From Candidatus Micrarchaeota archaeon (GTDB lineage Archaea > Micrarchaeota > Micrarchaeia > Norongarragalinales > UBA97), in the NCBI GenBank assembly GCA_016194335.1, contig JACQBR010000012.1, forward strand, positions 5,448-69,447: DNA of 64,000 bases. Reading direction: 5' to 3'. A program made the position numbers and the translations under genes. Below the pieces are notes generated by a model, which was not told the origin of the DNA, did not search any database, and saw only the letters and a list, made by a program, of their open reading frames with translations. Positions 28,275-35,933 of the stretch are shown piece after piece (the first letter of the stretch is position 1; every line of letters starts with the position of its first letter).

Positions 28275-28522
28275 TCGTATACGTTCTTGCGGTGGCCCAT
28301 GGCCGTTATGAAAACTTTCTTGCCGGTTTGGTCAATTAAGGCCAAAACCCTCCAGTCGCCAACCCTAAGCTTGTAGAGTTCGCTGCCTGCGAGGCGCTTG
28401 AAAAAATGAAGCGGATCCGCCGCAGACTGGCTTATTCTCACCGCAATCCTCCGTCCAACCGGACGGTCAACCCGCTCGATGATTGAAAGCGCTTCTTGCG
28501 AATACTCCACTTCGTAAGTCAA
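28271..28522 (-). CDS. relE: RelE/ParE-family toxin (second copy)
   Basis: YKLRVGDWRVLALID...VFITAMGHRKNVY and a 4-nt overlap with the upstream antitoxin. Confidence 0.8.
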   Translation of the reverse strand: MTYEVEYSQEALSIIERVDRPVGRRIAVRISQSAADPLHFFKRLAGSELYKLRVGDWRVLALIDQTGKKVFITAMGHRKNVYD

Positions 28523-28776
28523 AGTCGGCCCATCCCCAGTCGTTTTAGCACTTCCTTCTGCGAGTGTGCCCTTCCTTTCTTTGCATCAAGAAGCCCTTGG
28601 AGGACGCTGGCCCGGAAGGCCGGGCGATATGCGCCTTCCTCGTCCCCTTCGGGCACGAGACTTACCAGCTTGGAAACCACCTCATCGTAACTCTCGCGGC
28701 GGTATTCCTTCAAGCCTGCGAGCTTGTCCCTGTTTGCAGTGCTCACGAGAATCGTAGTATAGCTCATTATAATCAC
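28519..28776 (-). CDS. type II antitoxin (paralog of 24857..25105)
   Basis: Gene order, overlap with the toxin, and sequence similarity to the other antitoxin. Confidence 0.6.
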   Translation of the reverse strand: MIIMSYTTILVSTANRDKLAGLKEYRRESYDEVVSKLVSLVPEGDEEGAYRPAFRASVLQGLLDAKKGRAHSQKEVLKRLGMGRL

Positions 28777-28912
28777 CTATAGCAGCCTATGCGGTTCCGC
28801 ATTAAAATGGCTTTCCATTGCGGCTGTAAAAGCCTGAAGGCTGCGGCCAGATGAATGCACCCTCAACCCTGCGCTGCCGTTAGGCCAGAACGCCCCTTCC
28901 GCAATCGCCTTT

Positions 28913-28983
28913 TGGCCGTGCGGGGCCTTTGCGCCCGCCTACCCCTGCGCCGCCGTGATGGTAAGCACGCCGCTGTAAGTGCC
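28913..28983 (-). pseudogene. relic of the 3' end and 3' flank of a LamG-glycoprotein paralog
   Basis: Minus strand encodes GTYSGVLTITAAQG* (stop at 28939-28941), followed by the same ggccgtgcggggc 3'-flank motif seen after the intact gene at 31434-31448. Confidence 0.6.
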
Positions 28984-29075
28984 AATGCCGTGAAGCCATT
29001 CCGCACACGGGCCGAATTCCGGTTGTGCAAACTGTTATTATGCTTATTGCACATAATTCACTTGAGGTGCTTTGG

Positions 29076-29297
29076 ATGACTAACGTCACTCTTGCCGTTC
29101 CCATCGGCATGAAAAAGGAAATGGATGAATTTCCCGTAATCAACTGGTCGGAAGTGGCGAGGCAGGCGTTTGCGGAAACGATTAAGGAATTGAAGCTGCT
29201 AAAGAAAATCACCGCCAAGAGCAGGCTAACCGAAGGGCAGGCGTTTGAGCTTGGAAGAAAAATCAACGCATCAATAGCCAGGAAGCATGGCGCATGA
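29076..29297 (+). CDS. antitoxin partnered with the PIN toxin
   Basis: MTNVTLAVPIGMKKEMDEF... is a small ORF overlapping the PIN gene by 11 nt. The track ORF starts at 29025. Confidence 0.5.
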   Translation: MTNVTLAVPIGMKKEMDEFPVINWSEVARQAFAETIKELKLLKKITAKSRLTEGQAFELGRKINASIARKHGA

Positions 29298-29709
29298 TGA
29301 CATGCCCCTTCTAGTGGTAGACACAAACGTAGTCCTCTCCGCCGCAATCGCGCGGAGCTACACGCTGGACCTTACTTTCAATCCGCAGCTGACGCTGATA
29401 GCCCCGGAATTCATCCACTCGGAAATCGAAGGCCACCTTGGAGAGATTGCCGGAAAATCCGGCTTGGATGAATCCGGGCTTCGGCAGTTGTTTGATTCGA
29501 TATTCCGCAGGATTACAGTTCTCAGCGAAGTGGAGTACGAAAAGTTCAGGGACGCTGCAATGGCAGCCAGCCCGGACAAGGACGACTGGCCGTTCTTCGC
29601 CCTTGCGCTGAAGGAAAACTGCGGAATCTGGAGCAATGAAAAGCGGCTCAAGAAACAAGACGAAGTGAGAGTATCATCTACCCGGGAAATTGCCAGCCTC
29701 CTGCATTAA
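29287..29709 (+). CDS. PIN-domain toxin
   Basis: LLVVDTNVVLSA near the N-terminus, DKDDWPFFALAL, and 140 aa length. Confidence 0.75.
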   Translation: MAHDDMPLLVVDTNVVLSAAIARSYTLDLTFNPQLTLIAPEFIHSEIEGHLGEIAGKSGLDESGLRQLFDSIFRRITVLSEVEYEKFRDAAMAASPDKDDWPFFALALKENCGIWSNEKRLKKQDEVRVSSTREIASLLH

Positions 29710-29725
29710 GCTTGAGGCCCACAGC

Positions 29726-29845
29726 TCACTCCTGCGCCGCCGTGATGGTGAGCACGCCGGAGTAAGTGCCGGACGGCTGGCCGGAGTCGATGGCAATGAG
29801 GAACCACGCCGTGCGGTTGGTTGCCGTCCCGTCGGCGCTGGGAGC
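29726..29845 (-). pseudogene. relic of the last 39 codons plus stop of a LamG-glycoprotein paralog
   Basis: Minus strand reads APSADGTATNRTAWFLIAIDSGQPSGTYSGVLTITAAQE*. By hand alignment, 111 of 117 nt are identical to 31454-31570. Confidence 0.8.
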
Positions 29846-29863
29846 GAAAATTCAAAAACAGGG

Positions 29864-30202
29864 CTAAACGGCATCCAGCCCTTCACGCAGGGCGCGCATG
29901 ACCAGCGGGTTTTTCCCCGCCACCAGCCGCTTGAACTCTCTTGGGGTGTACGCAAGCGCGTCGACGCCAATGCTCCCGTCGCCCAAGCCGATAACCTTGC
30001 CAATCCGGTCGAAGAAGCGCTCCTCGAACTCGCCGACAACGAGGAAATCCGCGTCGCTGCCCTCGTGAAAATCGCCGCGCGCAAAGCTGCCGAAGAGCAC
30101 GAGCCGCTGCGGCTTGAGTGCGGAGATTATCCTGTGGCAAAGCCGCCTTATCCTGCCGATTCTCTCGTCGCTGCCAAGACTCTTCCGGCATAGCTCACAC
30201 AC
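29864..30202 (-). CDS. nucleotidyltransferase-domain protein (MNT-like)
   Basis: LVLFGSFARGDFHEGSDADFLVV motif. Confidence 0.75.
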   Translation of the reverse strand: MCELCRKSLGSDERIGRIRRLCHRIISALKPQRLVLFGSFARGDFHEGSDADFLVVGEFEERFFDRIGKVIGLGDGSIGVDALAYTPREFKRLVAGKNPLVMRALREGLDAV

Positions 30203-30257
30203 TTTTCCGCATCCTCCTTCTTGTAAAACTCGTGGGGCGAACCGTCCGGCAGGGGCC

Positions 30258-30665
30258 CTAAGGCTGCTTGGGAAGGATTTGCTTTGCCCAGTTGTGGAAT
30301 CTTTGGGCCTGCTTGATTATTTGCCTGGCTTCGCTTTCAGACGGCTCGTCCGGCTCGTATTCGATCAATGTCTTCCGGTCAATGATGCTCAGGAACTGCC
30401 GGGCCTTCTCCTGCATTTCGGGGTTGTTGATTTTCTTCAGGAGGCTTGCGGCATCCTCGTGCCTTTGGCCTGCCGACCGCTCCCCCAGAAAGTAAGTCGT
30501 AACCGCGTCGCAGGAAGATATTGCGCAGTGGACGGCGGCCAGGCTGGCGCCATTCCAGTTCTCTTCCGCTTCGGCGGCCTCCATTGATTGAAAGAACGAG
30601 ATTGCCTTGTGGAGGTATGCGGCGTACTTGTGCCCGTCTATTTTCCTGACCTGCACTTCCTTCAA
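30258..30665 (-). CDS. HEPN-domain protein (toxin of the NTase-HEPN pair)
   Basis: Helical 135-aa protein with ERSAGQRHED (R-x-H type motif) and a 4-nt overlap with the upstream NTase gene. Confidence 0.7.
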   Translation of the reverse strand: MKEVQVRKIDGHKYAAYLHKAISFFQSMEAAEAEENWNGASLAAVHCAISSCDAVTTYFLGERSAGQRHEDAASLLKKINNPEMQEKARQFLSIIDRKTLIEYEPDEPSESEARQIIKQAQRFHNWAKQILPKQP

Positions 30666-31288
30666 AGGAATTCACCGTCGTAGATTACTATCCCGTCCTT
30701 GCTTATGTTCCGCATCAGCTCGGAGCCCTTCTTTTCCCTTGCCTCTTCACGGGTGTATACTACTGGCATCAGGGGGTTGCCCAGCACTTCAAGCAAACGG
30801 GATGACACGTCCAGGACCTTCTCGTGGACTGCGGCCTTGTGCCGGTGGTGCGAAACGATGACGAGGATGTCGACGTCGCTGGTCGGCCGCTCCTGCGCGC
30901 GCGCCACGGAACCAAACAGCACTATCCTGTCCACTTTGCCCCTCAGACCAATCTCCTCATCAAGTTCACGGCCTATAAGTGCCGGAATCTGCCGTTCGGC
31001 GCTTGACAGCGGAAGAAGCCACTTGATCACCACGTGCTGCAGGTTAGCCGACCAAACTACCGCCGAACCTGCCCGGATGGCCCTGACCATGCCGTATTGG
31101 TTCAGTTTTTCAAGGGCCTTGTTGGTCTGGGATTGCGATACCCGGGCTTTAAGCGCAAGCTGGCGCCCGGTATATCTTACTCCGGGAACATTGAGCAGGG
31201 TTTCGAGCACCCTGGCCTTAGAGCGGCTGCCGGCAACTTCCGACAAGACATTGTGAAACCTCATTTCCGGCATCCCCCGATAACGCAC
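30662..31288 (-). CDS. winged-helix plus nucleotidyltransferase fusion (antitoxin/regulator)
   Basis: N-terminal wHTH-like SRSKARVLETLL...YTGRQLALKARVSQSQTNKALEKL, then IVLFGSVARAQERPTSDVDILVIV. Confidence 0.75.
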   Translation of the reverse strand: MRYRGMPEMRFHNVLSEVAGSRSKARVLETLLNVPGVRYTGRQLALKARVSQSQTNKALEKLNQYGMVRAIRAGSAVVWSANLQHVVIKWLLPLSSAERQIPALIGRELDEEIGLRGKVDRIVLFGSVARAQERPTSDVDILVIVSHHRHKAAVHEKVLDVSSRLLEVLGNPLMPVVYTREEAREKKGSELMRNISKDGIVIYDGEFL

Positions 31289-31307
31289 GCTCTACATCAT
31301 CTCTAGC

Positions 31308-31343
31308 AATCAAACACATATATACTTTACCAAACACGTGTTT
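31308..31343. promoter_or_regulatory. candidate operator: 14-bp perfect palindrome caaacacgtgtttg plus an extra half-site aatcaaacaca
   Basis: Read directly. It lies 20-55 nt upstream of the wHTH-NTase start (31288), interleaved with atatatac and tttataaaata TATA-like tracts. Confidence 0.4.
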
Positions 31344-31450
31344 GATTTATAAAATACTGCCCCGGATGCTAGTCCGCCCAAATTTGGCAGCGGCCCCTTG
31401 CTGCTGACGGGCTGAACACGAGCTGAAAAGTGCCTGGCCGTGCGGGGCTT

Positions 31451-34126
31451 CTACCCCTGCGTTGCCGTGATTGTGAGCACGCCGGAGTAAGTGCCGGACG
31501 GCTGGCCGGAGTCGATGGCAATGAGGAACCACGCCGTCCGGTTGGTTGCCGTCCCGTCGGCGCTGGGGGCAAGGTCGTAAGTGGTGTTGTAAGTTGAAGC
31601 CGAGTTGGGAATCTGGAGAAAGTCGCTGCCAGCCCCGCCTGTGGAGAAGCTGTACCACTGGTTTGAGGCGTTGATGTCCTTCTTGCCTGACGAAGTGAGG
31701 TTGGTCGACTCGAACTTCGCGTCAACCTGCACGTTGCCCCAGTTCGTCACGTTGCTCACCTGCACAGACGAGTTTGAACCCGCGGCTATCGAGCCGTAGT
31801 TGATTGTGGAGGGACTGTGGCCGATTGCGATGAGCGAATTGACCGTGGCGGAGCTCTGGCGCGCGCCGTAGGCGTCAAGCGCGTCGGAGACTTTGAGCGC
31901 GCACACCCAGCCGCCCGACTCGAAGTAATACTGCAGCGCGAAACTGCAGTTGGCCGTCACGGTGTTGCCCGAAGAGCCTTGGAGCGAGCAGCTGTTGTTT
32001 GAAACCTGCGAGCCGATGATGCCGTAACCGGATTTCAGCGTGACGTTCTGGAGGAATGCCGAGTAGTTCGCCCCGGCGCTGGAGTTGAACGTCGCGCGGT
32101 ACTGAACGATTTTGCCCACCACGCCCAGAACGGAAGCGTTGCCGCCGTAATACTCGGAAGTGAAGGAAGTCCAGTTGGTTTCGTTCCCGGTTGCGTTGGT
32201 GGGGTTGCCAGAGTTGTAAAGGTGCACGACTTCGTCGGCTGAGAGCGAGCGGTTCCAGATTTTAACGTCGTCAACCAGGCCGTCGAAAAACGCGCCGTTC
32301 GCGTCGTTCTGGCCGATGACGAGGTTCTGACCGTTAGTGGCCGGGTTGAGGGTAAGGACGCTTGTCTGCACCACCGTGCCGTTGACGTAAGTTGAAATTT
32401 GCGAGCCGTTCCACGTGACCACCACCTGCTGCCAGGCGTTTGCGCGCAGGGGGCTTGAAGTGGTGGTCTGGCTCTTGAACGCCGCGCCGTCGCCGAATCC
32501 AGTGTAGACCTCGGCACTCTGCTGGTAGAGGAAATACCCCGTGAACGTGCCGGACACCCCTTCCTTCGTCAGGATGACGTGGTTGCTGCCGGTGACGACG
32601 CGCGGGTTAATCCAGGCGGCAATGGTGTAGTTGGCGATGATGTTGAAGAGAGGGCTCGCTGTGACGTTGATGAACTGCGTGCCGCCGTTGAACTTCAGGC
32701 AGTTGCCAATGACGCAGGTGGAATTGACCGTCGGGGCCGTGCCTGAAGAAGAGTTGCCGAAAGTGCCGTTGGCGTTGTAGCCGCTGAGGTCAAGGGAACT
32801 TCCCGTCACCGTCTCGTTGCCCGTCGAGTCGCCCAAATCCCACCAGCCCACGAGGCCCGTGTCGTTGAAAGAAAAGTTTTTCGCGCGCAACGCGAGGGAA
32901 ACGTTGGTGAAGTTGTTGATAAAACCGGAGTTGCCTCTCGTGGAATTCTTCTCCCAGGAGTAAAGCTGGGAAATTTCCGAGGCGCTCAAGGTGCGGTTCC
33001 AAAAGTGAACCTCGTCAATGCTGCCGTTGAAAAACCGTTGGAAACCGTCCTCGCTGCCAAGGGCAATCCGGTAATTTGCCGTGGAAACGCTTTCGTTTAA
33101 CGACAGGCTGGCGTTGAGGGCGCCGTCAATGTAGAGCCGCATGGTTGAGTTGTCGTAAGACCCCGCCAAATGGTGCCAAGCATATTGCGAAACGCCTGAG
33201 GACGAAAGGAGTGTCTTCAACTGGTTGCTGGCGGTGAGCATCCTAAACCGGTAATCGGTTCCGCTGTATCCAGCGAGAACAATCTGGTCGGTTGCGCCCG
33301 AACCCTTGTCAAAAATGTATAAGGCGCTGTTATAGTCGTTCATCCAGAGGCTTACCGTAAAATTGCCGCTTGACGTGAAACCGTCAAGGGAACCCGAATC
33401 GGGAATGAAGACGTTGCTGTTGCCGGCGAAATTGTAGCAACCGCCAATCAGGCACGAAGAATTGAAAACTGGACTGCTTCCGGCAGTGCCATTTCCCAGA
33501 CTCCCCGTATTGTTAAACCGGCTCGCGTCTTTCGTGTCGTTCTCAAAGTGAAGGTCGAGCACGACCGTGTCGTTGCCCAAGCCGTTGGCGTCCTTGGTGA
33601 GCCCGGCGGACTCGAACCAACTCCAATTCGCCTGCTGGAGGGTTTGCGTGCCGTTGGTGCGGTTGAGGACGATTGGTTGGGAGAAGTAAGTCCCGTTGCC
33701 TGCGAAGGTGTTGCTTGCGGAATACCACGCGGTGTAGACGCTTGCGCTCTGCGCGGTTAGGGTGTTGTTGAAAACGCCGAAAGAATTGTTGTTCACGCCG
33801 AAGTAGCTGAGGTTGTTGTTGGGAAACGAATAGGAATAGAGGCGGCCGGTTGCGTTAACCACGTCAACCGCGGTGTTGTTGTCGGTGGCAAGGGCCGAGC
33901 AGAAGACGGTGGTGGTTGACGGCCCGGGGTTGAGGTCGATCGTTGAAGGGAGGGTGGTGACGGCCGCGAGGTAGGGTGCCTTGTTGTTCACCGCCCCAGA
34001 GGTGGAGACCGTGCCGCTGCCGGCGGCGGAGGCGAATGGGACGGCATTAAGAATGAGGACGGCGAGCAGGATGCACGAGGCTGGAAGCAGGGGCAGATGT
34101 GCTTTCCCGCTGGATTTTCCTGACAA
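31451..34126 (-). CDS. secreted/anchored surface glycoprotein with repeated LamG (concanavalin-A-like lectin) domains
   Basis: N-terminal hydrophobic segment, several LHFEND...D.S.FNN.G...G....C..G.C..F.G modules ending in IDEV.IWNR.LSA.E, and very dense N-x-S/T sequons. TTG start with GGAGG upstream. Confidence 0.8.
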   Translation of the reverse strand: MSGKSSGKAHLPLLPASCILLAVLILNAVPFASAAGSGTVSTSGAVNNKAPYLAAVTTLPSTIDLNPGPSTTTVFCSALATDNNTAVDVVNATGRLYSYSFPNNNLSYFGVNNNSFGVFNNTLTAQSASVYTAWYSASNTFAGNGTYFSQPIVLNRTNGTQTLQQANWSWFESAGLTKDANGLGNDTVVLDLHFENDTKDASRFNNTGSLGNGTAGSSPVFNSSCLIGGCYNFAGNSNVFIPDSGSLDGFTSSGNFTVSLWMNDYNSALYIFDKGSGATDQIVLAGYSGTDYRFRMLTASNQLKTLLSSSGVSQYAWHHLAGSYDNSTMRLYIDGALNASLSLNESVSTANYRIALGSEDGFQRFFNGSIDEVHFWNRTLSASEISQLYSWEKNSTRGNSGFINNFTNVSLALRAKNFSFNDTGLVGWWDLGDSTGNETVTGSSLDLSGYNANGTFGNSSSGTAPTVNSTCVIGNCLKFNGGTQFINVTASPLFNIIANYTIAAWINPRVVTGSNHVILTKEGVSGTFTGYFLYQQSAEVYTGFGDGAAFKSQTTTSSPLRANAWQQVVVTWNGSQISTYVNGTVVQTSVLTLNPATNGQNLVIGQNDANGAFFDGLVDDVKIWNRSLSADEVVHLYNSGNPTNATGNETNWTSFTSEYYGGNASVLGVVGKIVQYRATFNSSAGANYSAFLQNVTLKSGYGIIGSQVSNNSCSLQGSSGNTVTANCSFALQYYFESGGWVCALKVSDALDAYGARQSSATVNSLIAIGHSPSTINYGSIAAGSNSSVQVSNVTNWGNVQVDAKFESTNLTSSGKKDINASNQWYSFSTGGAGSDFLQIPNSASTYNTTYDLAPSADGTATNRTAWFLIAIDSGQPSGTYSGVLTITATQG

Positions 34127-34443
34127 ACTTCCTCTTTCCTCCCCCTCTTGCGCAATAGCGTTATTCTCACTCCGTGCGCGGTTAAAAGGCTTGCGAGGGC
34201 AGTAGACCGCGCATAAAGCATCGGGATAGATTCCGCAAAAAAAAAACGAAGACCGTCGTGTTTTTGAGCGCGCCGCCGGTTGAGAGGTTTTCTCCGAAAA
34301 TGAAGGCGGCTAGGGCGTAGTTGTCCGTCCAGTAGGTGCTGATGTTGAGCGTGGGGTCGGTGAAGGGCAACGGGTGGGGGAGTTTGCCAGCGGCAAAAAG
34401 CTTAAATAGTTATCCAGCCATAGGATTATCCAGTGGTGGGATA

Positions 34444-35802
34444 ATGAAGTTTTACGACCGGGATGGTGAGCTTGAGGCGCTGAAGAGGGCGTGCTCTGGC
34501 AAGGGCGCCGAGATGGTCGTGATAAGCGGCAGGAGGCGGGTTGGCAAAAGCAGGCTGGTGGAGGAGTTTCTCAAGGGGCGGCCGCACGCCCGCGTGCTGG
34601 TTGTTCCCAAGGAGGAGAAGCAGGTTGCGGAAGATTTCGCCAAGGCGCTGGCGGACGAGTACGCCCCTTCGTTCGGCACGGTGAGGGAGGCGCTGGAGTA
34701 TTTTTTCACGAAGTCCGGCAAGCGGATTTTGCACGTCGACGAGTTTCCGAACTTGGCCGAAGTAAACCAGGCATTGCCTTACGAGTTCCAAAGCGCCTGG
34801 GAGAAGCACAAGGACGGTTCGTCGAAGGTTCTCATCTTTTCCGGTTCGTATGTCAGCATGATGGACAGGATTTTTACGCGCCAGAAAGCGCCCTTGTTCA
34901 ACCGGGCGGGGTATTACCTCCTGCTGCAGCCCCTGCCAATCAAAATCGTGTGGAAAATCCAGGAGGACATAGGCGTGAAGAGCGTTTCTGGAAAGGTCGA
35001 GAATTACTGCGTGTTCGGCGGAATCCCTTTTTACTACGAGCTGATTGAAAAGGGGGGCGCCAGCAACGTGATTGACCGCCTTTTTTTCGACGTTGCCGCC
35101 ACTTTGAAGGAGGAAGGCCAGAACCTGTTGAGGCAGGAGTTCGGCGCCGCGTACAAGAAATACTTCTCCATAATAGAGGCGATTGGCGCCGGCTTGGTTT
35201 CGGCAAACGAAATTGCAGGCAAGCTCGGCGTTTCGCAAACCACGCTGTCAAAATACCTGCTTTCCCTGCAGAGGGACTTTCGCCTCATAGAGAGGACGGT
35301 GCCGTTCGGCCAAAACCCTTCCCGAAGCAAGAAGGGAGTTTATTCCATCAAGGAGAATGTCATTGCCTTCTGGTTTGCCTGCGTAAACGGGAAGACCCGG
35401 CCGCCTTACGAAACCGAGTTTAACGAGTTCGTGGGCAGGCGGTTCGAGCCCTTCTGCCGCGAGTTTCTAGCCGAGCATCTCACGCGCCGGGGCGAGCAAG
35501 TTGTCAAAACCGGCAGGTGGTGGGGAAGTGCCGAGACGAAGCCGAAGGTTTTCGAGCAAAGGGAAATTGACGTCGTGGTTGAAACGCAGGATGCGCTTTA
35601 CGTTGGGGAATGCAAGTGGACAAAGGAAAAGGCCGGCGGGAAGGAACTCGAACGCCTCAAGGAATCGGCCAAGGGCTTGAAAACGAAAAAACCCCTCAAG
35701 TTCGTCCTCTTTTCGAAAAACGGCTTCAACACCAGTGAAAACGCCGAATGCCTGTTTTTCGACTTGAAAACAATCGGCAGTGAAATAGGCAAGTTTCACT
35801 GA
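34444..35802 (+). CDS. archaeal ATPase (Arch_ATPase) with C-terminal DUF234
   Basis: MKFYDRDGELEAL, Walker A ISGRRRVGKS, Walker B ILHVDEF, and a C-terminal EIDVVVE...YVGECKWT nuclease-like/DUF234 pattern. The track ORF starts earlier at 34336. Confidence 0.8.
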   Translation: MKFYDRDGELEALKRACSGKGAEMVVISGRRRVGKSRLVEEFLKGRPHARVLVVPKEEKQVAEDFAKALADEYAPSFGTVREALEYFFTKSGKRILHVDEFPNLAEVNQALPYEFQSAWEKHKDGSSKVLIFSGSYVSMMDRIFTRQKAPLFNRAGYYLLLQPLPIKIVWKIQEDIGVKSVSGKVENYCVFGGIPFYYELIEKGGASNVIDRLFFDVAATLKEEGQNLLRQEFGAAYKKYFSIIEAIGAGLVSANEIAGKLGVSQTTLSKYLLSLQRDFRLIERTVPFGQNPSRSKKGVYSIKENVIAFWFACVNGKTRPPYETEFNEFVGRRFEPFCREFLAEHLTRRGEQVVKTGRWWGSAETKPKVFEQREIDVVVETQDALYVGECKWTKEKAGGKELERLKESAKGLKTKKPLKFVLFSKNGFNTSENAECLFFDLKTIGSEIGKFH

Positions 35803-35933
35803 AATCGGCAGAGTTACCCAACGCCCATGACTGCACCATCTCGTTCCAACGGGAGAGAAACCCACAAACCCCCCCCCCGCCATTAGCTGTTGCATAACAG
35901 CGCATTGTCACATGACACTTAGCATTAGGCAAT

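Noticed and set aside
28913-31575. The LamG 3'-end copies might be a diversity-generating retroelement template/variable repeat pair.
   Set aside because: The six mismatches between 29729-29845 and 31454-31570 are not adenine-specific (c/t, g/t, g/c and a/g changes). I see no reverse-transcriptase-like ORF in the window.
34182-34370. A 62-aa minus-strand ORF (…DPTLNISTYWTDNYALAAFIFGENLSTGGALKNTT…) might be a relic of another sequon-rich surface protein.
   Set aside because: I found no nucleotide or protein match to the two LamG genes. It is too short to support on its own.
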